From contig CAZAOY010000002.1 in the NCBI GenBank assembly GCA_964486925.1, positions 14,226 to 78,225 of the forward strand: 64,000 nt of DNA. The letters run 5' to 3'. The stretch's first letter is position 1. Each line of letters starts with the position of its first letter. The stretch is from an uncultured Oscillospiraceae bacterium (GTDB lineage: Bacteria > Bacillota > Clostridia > Oscillospirales > Ruminococcaceae). Position numbers and translations under genes: made by a program. This document shows, piece after piece, positions 1-8,816 of this stretch. The notes beneath the pieces were generated by a model that saw nothing but the letters and a program-made list of their open reading frames with translations, was not told the origin of the DNA and ran no database searches.

Positions 1-50
1 ATTGTAGACGAATATTTGAATTTAGCTATTTTACAGCGACGGAAAATGTA

Positions 51-89
51 AAACGCACAGACTACGAGATGTTAGGTCTGTGCGTTTTT
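51..89 (+). terminator. Rho-independent terminator of an upstream (off-window) + strand gene
   Basis: Perfect 12-bp stem AAACGCACAGAC (51-62) / GTCTGTGCGTTT (76-87), followed by a T run. Confidence 0.7.
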
Positions 90-135
90 GGTTTATTGTT
101 ATGTTGTAACTTTTAACTGAAATATGAAATTAGCC

Positions 136-164
136 TTGCAATTAATTGCAGAATATGGTATACT
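136..164 (+). promoter_or_regulatory. SigA-type promoter with an overlapping palindromic operator
   Basis: TTGCAA (136-141), 17-nt spacer, TGgTATACT (extended -10, 159-164). The 14-bp perfect palindrome TGCAATTAATTGCA (137-150) covers the -35 and is a plausible autoregulation site for the downstream XRE-cupin regulator. Confidence 0.55.
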
Positions 165-224
165 AAAGTGGTAATAGGCAGTAGGGTCTATTGCCGTCTA
201 TTAATATATGAAAGGGATGGTTTT

Positions 225-776
225 ATGCTTAACAACGAGATTAAAGAGCTAACCAATCGGATAAAGGAGCTTAGAGAGATCTGCGATTATTCGGTAGAGG
301 ATATTGCAAAAGAGCTTAGCATAACTAAAGAGCAGTATGAAGGATATGAGCAGAATGGGGATATCCCAATCAGTGTGATATATGAGCTTGCACATATACT
401 GGGGGTTGATTTTACCGAGCTTGTTACAGGAAGCAGTGCGCATATCAACACCTATCAGGTGGTAAGAGCGGGCAAGGGTCATGATGTTGACCGTTTCCCA
501 GGCTACAGCTTTTTGGATCTTGCTTATCGATTCTCAAACAAGATTATGCAGCCACTCTTAGTAACGCTAGAGCCTAGCGATAAAAAGCCACAGCTTGTAA
601 CACATAAGGGGCAGGAGTTTAATATGGTGTTAGAGGGCAGTGTTACCATCTACTTTGATGATAAAGAGTTAGTATTAAATAACGGCGACTGTATCTATTT
701 TGACCCAACCCATCCGCATGGACAACGTTGTGCGTCGGATAAAACCGCGCGCTTTTTAACCATGATTGCAGAGTAA
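225..776 (+). CDS. XRE-family HTH transcriptional regulator with C-terminal cupin domain
   Basis: ORF 168..776. The likely true start is ATG 225 (MLNNEIKELTNRIKELRE), preceded by AAAGGGATGG. HTH segment YSVEDIAKELSITKEQYEGYEQ. Cupin signature GQEFNMVLEGSV...GDCIYFDPTHPHG. Confidence 0.85.
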   Translation: MLNNEIKELTNRIKELREICDYSVEDIAKELSITKEQYEGYEQNGDIPISVIYELAHILGVDFTELVTGSSAHINTYQVVRAGKGHDVDRFPGYSFLDLAYRFSNKIMQPLLVTLEPSDKKPQLVTHKGQEFNMVLEGSVTIYFDDKELVLNNGDCIYFDPTHPHGQRCASDKTARFLTMIAE

Positions 777-788
777 AGGAGATACAGC

Positions 789-2441
789 ATGATAGAGCGT
801 TTTCTTCCTCGTACCGAGTTTACCGACTATGAGGATTTTAAGGATAATTATAAGGTAGAGATTCCCGAAAACTTTAACTTTGGGTTTGATATAGTAGATG
901 AATGGGCAAAGCAGGATAAGGATAAGAAGGCCTTAGTTTGGTGCAACGACCACGGCGAGGAGCGAGAGTTTACCTTTAGTGAGATAAGTCTACTAAGCAA
1001 CAAGGCGGCAAATATGTTTGCAGACATGGGGGTAAAGAAGGGGACGGTGGTAATGCTAATCCTTCGTCGCCGTTATGAGTACTGGATCTGTGCTACAGCG
1101 CTTTGCAAGCTTGGGGCTATCCTAATCCCAGGGTCGCTACAGCTTACCAAAAAGGATATTGCCTATAGAGCAAAGGCCGCGGGGATTCATACCATCGTCT
1201 GCGTTCATGACGACTTTGTAATCTCGCAGGTAGAGCAGGCGAGGGATGAGGCTAGCGAGATAAAAAACTGCATGATAGTTGCGGGAGAGAGGGATGGATT
1301 TATCCAGTTTGACAAAAAGCTAGCAGGCTACAGCGAGGAGTTTTCCCGTCCTACAGGAGCGGACGCTACTACTAACGAGGATATAAGCCTAGTATACTTC
1401 ACCTCCGGCACTACCGGTATGCCGAAGATGGTAGCGCATAACTTTACCCACCCGCTTGGCCATATCGTAACCGCAAAGTATTGGCAGAGGGTACAGCCGG
1501 ACAAGCTTCATATGAGCGTTTCCGATTCAGGTTGGGCGAAGTTTGGTTGGGGTAAGATATACGGTCAGTGGATCTGCGGGGCGGTAATATTCTGTTACGA
1601 CATGGATAAATTCGTGCCAAAGCTACTGCTTGAAAAGCTGGAGAAATATAAGGTAACCACCTTCTGCGCGCCTCCTACCATGTTTAGATTTATGCTACAG
1701 GAGGACGTTAAGAGCTATGACCTATCCTCCATTGAGCACTGCGGGATTGCGGGAGAGCCGCTAAACCCAGAGGTGTTTAAGCAGTGGCATAACCTTACAG
1801 GACTAAAGCTGACAGAAGGGTTTGGACAGAGCGAATCCTCTGTAATTATCGCAAACTTCCCATGGTTTGAACCAATTCCCGGCTCAATGGGCAAGCCTTC
1901 ACCGCTATACAACATAACCTTGATTAATTCAGACGGCGAGGAGTGCGAGGATGGTGAGGAAGGCGAGATTGTGGTAATGGATATCGATAAGTACATGCCG
2001 ACAGGACTGTTCACCGAATACTTTAAGGATGAGGAGCTTACCCGCAAAAACCTACGTGGCAGATACTACAACACAGGGGATGTAGCATGGCGGGACAGTA
2101 ACGGTTACTACTGGTTTGTAGGACGTAATGACGATGTTATCAAGTGTTCAGGCTACCGTATCGGCCCGTTTGAGGTTGAGAGCGCATTACTTGAGCATAA
2201 ATCGGTGCTAGAGTGTGCAGTAACCGCCGCCCCTGACACTGTAAGAGGACAGGTTGTAAAGGCGACGGTGGTGTTAAAGGACGGCTATAGCTGCAGTCCG
2301 GAGCTAATAAAGGAGCTACAAACCCATGTTAAAAAGGTAACCGCGCCTTACAAATATCCACGGATAATTGAGTTTGTAACTGAACTTCCAAAGACTCTTG
2401 GCGGTAAGATAAAACGAGCGGAGATACGAAGCAAAAACTAA
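789..2441 (+). CDS. AMP-forming acyl-CoA synthetase/ligase (medium-chain/acetyl-CoA synthetase-like)
   Basis: 550 aa. AMP-binding core YFTSGTTGMPK, GEPLNPE, YNTGD, GRNDDVIKCSGYRIGPFEVE, and the terminal GKIKR lysine motif. RBS AAGGAG 12 nt upstream. Confidence 0.9.
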   Translation: MIERFLPRTEFTDYEDFKDNYKVEIPENFNFGFDIVDEWAKQDKDKKALVWCNDHGEEREFTFSEISLLSNKAANMFADMGVKKGTVVMLILRRRYEYWICATALCKLGAILIPGSLQLTKKDIAYRAKAAGIHTIVCVHDDFVISQVEQARDEASEIKNCMIVAGERDGFIQFDKKLAGYSEEFSRPTGADATTNEDISLVYFTSGTTGMPKMVAHNFTHPLGHIVTAKYWQRVQPDKLHMSVSDSGWAKFGWGKIYGQWICGAVIFCYDMDKFVPKLLLEKLEKYKVTTFCAPPTMFRFMLQEDVKSYDLSSIEHCGIAGEPLNPEVFKQWHNLTGLKLTEGFGQSESSVIIANFPWFEPIPGSMGKPSPLYNITLINSDGEECEDGEEGEIVVMDIDKYMPTGLFTEYFKDEELTRKNLRGRYYNTGDVAWRDSNGYYWFVGRNDDVIKCSGYRIGPFEVESALLEHKSVLECAVTAAPDTVRGQVVKATVVLKDGYSCSPELIKELQTHVKKVTAPYKYPRIIEFVTELPKTLGGKIKRAEIRSKN

Positions 2442-2458
2442 GATAAAGACTGGATATA

Positions 2459-2511
2459 AAAATGCACCATTAGATGTTTGATTTAATCAACATTTAATGG
2501 TGCATTTTTTA
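2459..2511. terminator. Bidirectional rho-independent terminator
   Basis: 18-bp stem AATGCACCATTAGATGTT / AACATTTAATGGTGCATT (one G-U), flanked by an A run on the left and a T run on the right. It sits between convergent genes. Confidence 0.8.
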
Positions 2512-2632
2512 TGTAGTTTTTGAGCTATTAATTCAGTATGCCTGTCCACCAAAAAGGTATAAGTTACCCTTTTAAGGTAGATACTAACCTTTGTAAACTC
2601 TTTAGTTTTAGTAAAATTTAATTTAAAGGATA

Positions 2633-2872
2633 CTACTGTTTGAGCTTTGAGTTAAAGTTATCAACAACCTCTTTAGAAAGGATCTCGATAAACTCATCCG
2701 GAGTTGGAACCTTTCCATCGGGGGATATTTTTTTGCGATATTCTATAGTTTCTGGGTCGTCATTGCTGTATGCGGCTTCGATAGCTTTTCTTATTCTGTC
2801 ATACACAATTGCTTCGTTTACTCCTTCTTTTTGTGCTATCTGTTTGATTGCTTTGCTGTACTTGCGTTTCAT
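2633..2872 (-). CDS. Small protein resembling the extreme C-terminal segment of the Spo0A DNA-binding domain
   Basis: 79 aa. AIVYDRIRKAIEAAYSNDDPETIEY...DGKVPTPDEFIEILSKEV parallels the Spo0A tail ...RVERAIRHAIEVAWSRGN...KAKPTNSEFIAMVADKL (recalled from memory). No receiver domain or main HTH is present. Confidence 0.45.
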   Translation of the reverse strand: MKRKYSKAIKQIAQKEGVNEAIVYDRIRKAIEAAYSNDDPETIEYRKKISPDGKVPTPDEFIEILSKEVVDNFNSKLKQ

Positions 2873-3047
2873 TGATTGATTGCTCCTTACGTTGTTGTAT
2901 TACCCAAATTTATGCACTAATATATTGCCTATATTTGGAGATAATACTAGTTTATCAAATACTTTATTGCATTTAACCCATATTCGGGTAGAATGTATAT
3001 TTTTTATTGTTACATTAGAAGTATCTATTATGAATTGGAGGGCTTGA

Positions 3048-3308
3048 ATGAATTATTCAGAAATTATTGTAATGCGTATAACCTCGTTATGCAGATCAAG
3101 AGATATTGCATATAATAAGCTAGCCACAATGAGTGGTCTTAATCAATCTACAATTGATAATATCGTTAGAGGAGTGACAAAAAATCCAAGAATTATCACA
3201 CTTCATCATATTGCCATAGGTTTTAGCATGACAATTTCGGAATTTTTAGACTTTCAAGAGTTAAACGAGTATTCGTTTGACGATGACATAATGAATGACA
3301 GCGAATAG
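3048..3308 (+). CDS. XRE/Cro-type helix-turn-helix protein
   Basis: 86 aa. IAYNKLATMSGLNQSTIDNIVRGVTKNPRIITLHHIAIGFSMTISEFLDF is a typical HTH_3/HTH_26-like pattern. Confidence 0.7.
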   Translation: MNYSEIIVMRITSLCRSRDIAYNKLATMSGLNQSTIDNIVRGVTKNPRIITLHHIAIGFSMTISEFLDFQELNEYSFDDDIMNDSE

Positions 3309-3390
3309 ATATTTTAACGCACAATCCATGTAGCGTTGCTACAGGAACTGAGTTTTGGGGTTTGCAGGGACGCTTTCTTTGCAAGCTCCT

Positions 3391-3636
3391 TTAATAATCA
3401 GTGGGTATCTCATCTGGTAAAGGTTCTCTAACATGTTTAACCATATCCTTTGAACAGGCTTTGAATCTAAAATAGTTCTGCTTGGCTTTAGCTAGGGTTA
3501 GCTTGTTGCAGTCGGAATACTCCTCTAGGTCATATACGCCATCATCCTCCCAAAAGCAGACGGGGCAGATGTAGTAATCTCCTGTAGGTTTTTGTAAGAA
3601 AGTTTTGTATCCGCAACATGGACAGTCGTATTTCAT
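3391..3636 (-). CDS. CPCC-family cysteine-rich protein
   Basis: 81 aa. The N-terminus MKYDCPCCGYKTF...YYICPVCFWEDDG matches the CPCC-family signature. Confidence 0.75.
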   Translation of the reverse strand: MKYDCPCCGYKTFLQKPTGDYYICPVCFWEDDGVYDLEEYSDCNKLTLAKAKQNYFRFKACSKDMVKHVREPLPDEIPTDY

Positions 3637-3682
3637 TGTTATTCTCCATAATAGTATTTTATAGTTATAGCCGATTAAGGTT

Positions 3683-4120
3683 TTATTGACGATTGTAGTA
3701 TTCTATTCCTTTTGTTGGCTTAAAATATGTTCTTATATATCCATCTGGTGAGAGGACTAAAAATTCGTTAGTTTTTACGTGATAAAAAAGGGTGTCATCA
3801 TCTTTACCCTGTTTACTTAAAATATCTGTACTTTGCTTGTAAGCCGCAATAAGCTTGTTGGCATTCTTAAGGTATTCTTCTTTAGTAATACTGCCAAACT
3901 GTTGGTGGTGTTTATTGTAATGGTTTTGATAAAGCTCTTTTGTCCGAAACTGGTATGTCTTTTTGGGGGCATTGCTTTTAGCGCTACTGGACTGCTTGCT
4001 TGACTGTGAAGTTACATCCGAAGGCTCCTGCTTTGCAAGGGAGTCGCACCCGAACGCAAAGAGGGCATAAAGCAGTATAACCAGTAATAACAGGTAATGT
4101 CGTATTTTGTTCATCTGCAT
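3683..4120 (-). CDS. Lipoprotein of unknown function
   Basis: 145 aa. Signal peptide plus lipobox LFAFGC, then a Ser/Lys-rich linker, then an ~85-aa C-terminal domain (YQNHYNKHHQQFGSITKEEYLKNANKLI...NEFLVLSPDGYIRTYFKP). Confidence 0.6.
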   Translation of the reverse strand: MQMNKIRHYLLLLVILLYALFAFGCDSLAKQEPSDVTSQSSKQSSSAKSNAPKKTYQFRTKELYQNHYNKHHQQFGSITKEEYLKNANKLIAAYKQSTDILSKQGKDDDTLFYHVKTNEFLVLSPDGYIRTYFKPTKGIEYYNRQ

Positions 4121-4389
4121 ATTCCTAACCTAATTTATTACGGCTTCTATATTCAATTAACCATAGACCATTACAGATTAGTGATAACCCTTCTTACCAA
4201 TAGAATTGTAGTAGGATATGTATTACTAAGCTATAAGCTAATAGTTAACGTACACAGTTGCCATTATAGTTATTATACGACAAAATGTTACATATGTCAA
4301 TAACTCTATTACATTTATTTAGATATTTGTCACAAGTAAGTCATGAGATATAGTGGAGTTATGGGCTACATTTAGCATAAATAATAAAA

Positions 4390-4490
4390 AAGGCTATGAC
4401 ATAATGGGACTTTGTATATACAAAAGTTCCCTACGATATATTGTGGATATATTGGTATAATACCACAATGTAAAGTTATGTCATAGCCTT
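4390..4490 (-). terminator. Nested hairpin structure, probable terminator of the 4535..4912 gene
   Basis: Perfect 15-bp outer stem AAGGCTATGACATAA (4390-4404) / TTATGTCATAGCCTT (4476-4490). It encloses two inner hairpins (GGGACTTTGTATATACAAAAGTTCCC and ATTGTGG...CCACAAT). On the minus strand the stem is followed by TTTTTATTATTT. Confidence 0.4.
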
Positions 4491-4534
4491 CAAAAGAAGG
4501 AGTTATTTATTAAATATGAGCCTTAAGCATTTAA

Positions 4535-4912
4535 CTAAAAAGAGATGTAATGTCCTGAATTGCTAAGGATAATAGATGAAACAAGTCCTTCTGCCTCTAG
4601 CGGTACCTTAGCGGTAAGCTTTGTACGTTTATAGGTAGAGTCGACCCCTCTAAACTCATCGGGTACTACATTTACAGGAAAGTATGCAGGGTAGGCAGCG
4701 GACGTACCCGATATTGTAGGGTTGTTTAGATTGTTTGTGGTTAAAAAGTAATCTGGTGCTAGATTTTTGCCTTCATTGTTAAATGCATTTCTTGATTTTT
4801 TGGATCTAAGAGATACCGATATAACATTCTCTACCTTATTTTTTATTGCAGTAGCGGCTCTTTCTGCCTGGTCTATATCATCAAAATTTGCGGTAATTGT
4901 AATATATTCCAT
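4535..4912 (-). CDS. Hypothetical protein
   Basis: 125-aa ORF with an upstream GGAA-rich RBS region. I recognised no motif. The competing + strand ORF 4767..4961 looks less protein-like. Confidence 0.4.
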   Translation of the reverse strand: MEYITITANFDDIDQAERAATAIKNKVENVISVSLRSKKSRNAFNNEGKNLAPDYFLTTNNLNNPTISGTSAAYPAYFPVNVVPDEFRGVDSTYKRTKLTAKVPLEAEGLVSSIILSNSGHYISF

Positions 4913-5040
4913 AAAATATTCCTTTCATTATTATCAAACTATCTGCTTATATTGCGTTTAAATATAAGCATCTGCGACTACTGTAAACAATAGTAGCTTT
5001 ATTAGTATTGACAATTTTGAAATAAATATTAACTTTTGAA

Positions 5041-5634
5041 TTAATTTACATGGATTTTTTCGCAGGAAAGGATGTAAAAACCTTTCTTTTTGTATAAAAT
5101 ATCAACGTAGCCAAAAATTTCTTGCAATCTTTTTATACTGCTGTTAGCCCCGTGTTTTTGTTGTATTACGATGTAAAGCTTGCCGTTATTATTAAGGTGG
5201 TGGTAGGACTGCTCGTACATATCATAGATAACCGCCTTGCCCGCATGGATTGGCGGGTTTAGCACGATACTGTCATAGCAACCTGTTATAGCCTTAAAGC
5301 TATCGCTATGGATAATGTCAGCATTTATACCGTTTCTTTCGCAGTTTTGGCTAGCGTATCTTAGCGCCCGCTCATTTACATCCGCCATAGACAGCGTTAG
5401 GTTATACACCTTAGCTAAAGCAATCCCGATTGCACCGTATCCGCAACCGAGGTCAAGCATACTGCCGCTTAGCGCAGGGAGATTTTTAATTAACAGATCG
5501 GAAGCATAGTCCACGTGGTCGGGGGAGAAGATACCCGAATCGGTGGTAAAGGTAAAGTCTTTCCCGCTAAAGCTGTATGAAACTGTTTGTATGTTGGATT
5601 TTAATGTATCGTCGGCGATAAAATAATGGCTCAT
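5041..5634 (-). CDS. Class I SAM-dependent methyltransferase (RsmC/RlmG small-domain type)
   Basis: 197 aa. SAM motif I LDLGCGYGAIG and catalytic-type motif VLNPPIHAG (NPPxH), as in rRNA N2-guanine methyltransferases. Confidence 0.85.
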   Translation of the reverse strand: MSHYFIADDTLKSNIQTVSYSFSGKDFTFTTDSGIFSPDHVDYASDLLIKNLPALSGSMLDLGCGYGAIGIALAKVYNLTLSMADVNERALRYASQNCERNGINADIIHSDSFKAITGCYDSIVLNPPIHAGKAVIYDMYEQSYHHLNNNGKLYIVIQQKHGANSSIKRLQEIFGYVDILYKKKGFYILSCEKIHVN

Positions 5635-5944
5635 AATAACTCCTTTTGGTTAGGTTAGGGTTTTGCTGGCTTAGTAATGGTTAGGTTTATTGGGATATCA
5701 ATAAAGCTTAACCTTTATATCGATAGCATATTTAATCTAACGGCTTTGCCAAAGCTTTTACAGAATGAACAAGGAATAAAAGGTCAAATAGCTATAATTA
5801 AAATAATATCACATATAATGATAAAATTCAAGATCCTTACTGTAAATTAACAAGAAAATCTGTAATACTTCTTTACATAGCGGCTTATTTATGTTATAAT
5901 TACAGAATAGAGGTATAAAAATAATATGTCTGGGGGAGTGTTAC

Positions 5945-8176
5945 TTGAAGATACGCAAAGCGCAGATTGGTGCTATAATCCTTGCGGGTTGCCTTTTACT
6001 GCTTACATCGGTAGTTTTATTTGTTTATAACAGCTATCTTAAGAACCATCTGATACAGCAGACGGTTAGTACTTTAGATGAGGTAAAGCTTCAACAGATG
6101 TACAACTTTGATTCAAAGTTAACAGCTCAAAAGGAAACGATGAAGGGGTTTGCCTACCTTATAGCAAACCTGCCTAAGGATAAGCCTACACTTGTAAAGC
6201 ATTTAACAGAGCTTGTAAAGAACACCGATTTTGAGTACATGACCTTTGCCTATCCTGACGGCATAGCATTTAACAATGAAGGTATCGATATGGATGTGTC
6301 CGACCGATCCTACCTTGGCAAGGCGTTAGCGGGGGAGACCGTTATCTCAGACCCGGTTATGTCTAAGGTTAGAAATGCAAAGATTATCGTTGTGGCTACC
6401 CCTGTGGTAGCAGACGGTGTTACCGTCGGGGTGCTTACAGGATCGTATAAATCCGAAAATCTAGACAAACACTTCCTACCCTCCTTTAGCGGGTATGGGT
6501 ATGCTTACATTACCACTAATAGCGGGGATGTTGTAGCTAAGACCACCAATACCTACAGATTACTTGACAAGGATAATATCTTTGAGTTTTGGAAGGGAGC
6601 AATCTTTTACCAGAATGATTCTATAGAAACGATAAAGCATAACCTCCATAACAACAAGGGCGGGTCAGCGTGGTACAACTTTAAAGGTCAAAAGCGATAT
6701 ATGCAGTACCGCACCATAGAGGTTAACGACTGGAACATCTTCTCGGTTGTACCTGAACAGGCGATAATGAAGAATACCACCTACATACTAACCGCCTCTA
6801 CCATCATGACCATCGCTATTGCTTTAGTATTTTTAATCATGGCGCTAATACTATACACCTACCAAAAGCGTTACAACAAAAAGCTTTCGGATATAGCCTT
6901 TGTGGATGAACTGACCAAAGCGCCAACCCTTGCAAAGTTTAAGATGGAAGCGCAAAGGTTATTAGAGGAAAATCCTGACACCCAGTATATCTTGGTTAAG
7001 TGCGATATCGACCGATTCAAGCTTATTAACCAGACTCTAGGCTACGCACAGGGGGATAGGATACTATGCTGTGTTGCCGATGCGTTTAGGGAGAATTTAC
7101 AGGATCATAACGAAACCTTTGGACGGGTTAACACTGATGAGTATATTGTACTTCACAAGGTCGTGTCACAGGATCATTTAGTTAAGCTTAGTGATAACTT
7201 TCATAGCCTTTTCCGCAAGCATATCGGAGAGGATTTTGAGTACGAAATTAAATTCCCGACGGGGCATTATATGATTCCAAAAGGGGATAGGGATATATCC
7301 AGCGCTATCGAGCGGGCGAATGTGGCGCACCGTCGTGCTAAGGAGCTGGGGGTGGAGCTTGTAGTCTATAATGAGGAGCTTATAGAGGAGGCACTTCGCC
7401 GTAAGGACATTGAAAATAGGATGAACCTAGCGCTTGCTAATGGTGAATTTAAGGTATATCTTCAGCCGAAATATAGACTAATGGATGAACGGCTTGATGG
7501 TGCAGAGGCTTTAGTTAGGTGGAGAGCGAGCGATGTTGACGTTGTCTATCCAAACAGCTTTATCCCGATATTTGAGGACAACGGCTTTATAGTAAAGCTT
7601 GATATGTATATGTTTGAGAGTGTCTGTAAGCTTATAAAGGGATGGATTGATGAGGGGGTAACCCCTGTAGTGGTATCGGTAAACTTCTCAAGGCTTCATC
7701 TTGAGAACGACGAGTTTGTAAAACAGCTTTGCTCCATAGCCGACAGATGTGGCGCACCAAGGAATTATCTTGAGCTCGAGCTGACCGAAACCACCATCTT
7801 TGACAACGAGGAGGTTTTACAGCTAGTAGTAGAACAGCTTCATTCTGCGGGATTTACATTATCTATGGATGATTTTGGCACGGGATATTCCTCTTTAGGA
7901 CTGCTTAAAAACCTTGCAGTGGACGCTATAAAGCTTGATAGAAGCTTCTTTGTATCTGCTAATGGTAACAAGCGTGCCAAGACGGTGTTAACCCATGTTA
8001 TCGACATGGCTAAGGATCTAGAGGCGCACACTGTGGCAGAGGGGGTTGAGATTAAGGAACAGATCGATATCCTAAAGCAGTTAGATTGTGATATGGTGCA
8101 GGGGTACTACTACTCCAGACCGCTTCCTGTTTCGGACTTTTATGAAAAGCTTATAGCAGAGAGAGCCAGTTCTTAG
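5945..8176 (+). CDS. Membrane sensor protein: periplasmic Cache-like domain, degenerate GGDEF domain, EAL c-di-GMP phosphodiesterase domain
   Basis: 743 aa with a TTG start and two TM segments flanking a ~250-aa extracytoplasmic domain. The GGDEF position reads NTDEY. EAL residues are intact (EALVRW, VNFS, ELELTE, DDFGTGYSS, KLDRSF, AEGVE, QGYYYSRP). Confidence 0.85.
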   Translation: MKIRKAQIGAIILAGCLLLLTSVVLFVYNSYLKNHLIQQTVSTLDEVKLQQMYNFDSKLTAQKETMKGFAYLIANLPKDKPTLVKHLTELVKNTDFEYMTFAYPDGIAFNNEGIDMDVSDRSYLGKALAGETVISDPVMSKVRNAKIIVVATPVVADGVTVGVLTGSYKSENLDKHFLPSFSGYGYAYITTNSGDVVAKTTNTYRLLDKDNIFEFWKGAIFYQNDSIETIKHNLHNNKGGSAWYNFKGQKRYMQYRTIEVNDWNIFSVVPEQAIMKNTTYILTASTIMTIAIALVFLIMALILYTYQKRYNKKLSDIAFVDELTKAPTLAKFKMEAQRLLEENPDTQYILVKCDIDRFKLINQTLGYAQGDRILCCVADAFRENLQDHNETFGRVNTDEYIVLHKVVSQDHLVKLSDNFHSLFRKHIGEDFEYEIKFPTGHYMIPKGDRDISSAIERANVAHRRAKELGVELVVYNEELIEEALRRKDIENRMNLALANGEFKVYLQPKYRLMDERLDGAEALVRWRASDVDVVYPNSFIPIFEDNGFIVKLDMYMFESVCKLIKGWIDEGVTPVVVSVNFSRLHLENDEFVKQLCSIADRCGAPRNYLELELTETTIFDNEEVLQLVVEQLHSAGFTLSMDDFGTGYSSLGLLKNLAVDAIKLDRSFFVSANGNKRAKTVLTHVIDMAKDLEAHTVAEGVEIKEQIDILKQLDCDMVQGYYYSRPLPVSDFYEKLIAERASS

Positions 8177-8354
8177 TTGTCGTTAATTTAAAAGGAATTT
8201 TTATTGGATACTTGCCAAAAGAATTTCGCATAGATTACTTATCTTGTGTATGAAACGGTATCTATGCTTAAGTGGTTAGCATATTACAAATTCGCAAAAT
8301 ATATTGCCAAAATATGCAGTTTTTATCGCTTTAGAAAAAATATTCAAAAAGGGG

Positions 8355-8384
8355 TTGCAAAACCCACCCATATGGTGGTATAAT
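8355..8384 (+). promoter_or_regulatory. SigA-type promoter
   Basis: TTGCAA (8355-8360), 18-nt spacer, TATAAT (8379-8384). Confidence 0.5.
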
Positions 8385-8440
8385 GTATAGAAGTAGGGCA
8401 GATGTTATGCGGCTTAAATTATAAAAAGGGTGTTTTACTT

Positions 8441-8650
8441 ATGGTTACGTTAAAGGTAAATGGTGTTTCCCATATGGTTGACGAGAGCAAGCCTATTGCG
8501 GTTATAATGAAAAAACCTCATCCGTGCGGTGGTTTTGAGTTTTTGATACTGCGTATGGGGATGGATTTTAAACTGCAATGCGTAAAATGCGGGCATACTA
8601 TAATGGTACCACGTAACAAGATTGAGAAAAATATTAAAAAGCTTGTCTAA
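8441..8650 (+). CDS. DUF951-family small protein
   Basis: ORF 8402..8650. The likely start is ATG 8441, after AAAAAGGG. MKKPHPCGGFEFLILRMGMDFKLQCVKCGHTIMVPRNKIEKNIKK matches the DUF951 pattern (KKxHPCG...RxGxDxxxxCxxCGH). Confidence 0.7.
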   Translation: MVTLKVNGVSHMVDESKPIAVIMKKPHPCGGFEFLILRMGMDFKLQCVKCGHTIMVPRNKIEKNIKKLV

Positions 8651-8816
8651 CTTAACGCTTAATATAACCTATCGGCTTAAAATCTGCTTAGGCGGTTTAT
8701 ACGGAAATTAAGCTTACTACCTTTTGACCTGTAGTTGACTGTTATGTGATTTAGGCAACGTGTTAAGTACGCCAACCCCTTTTTGGGTGGCAATGAATAT
8801 AAATCTTGGAGGATGT

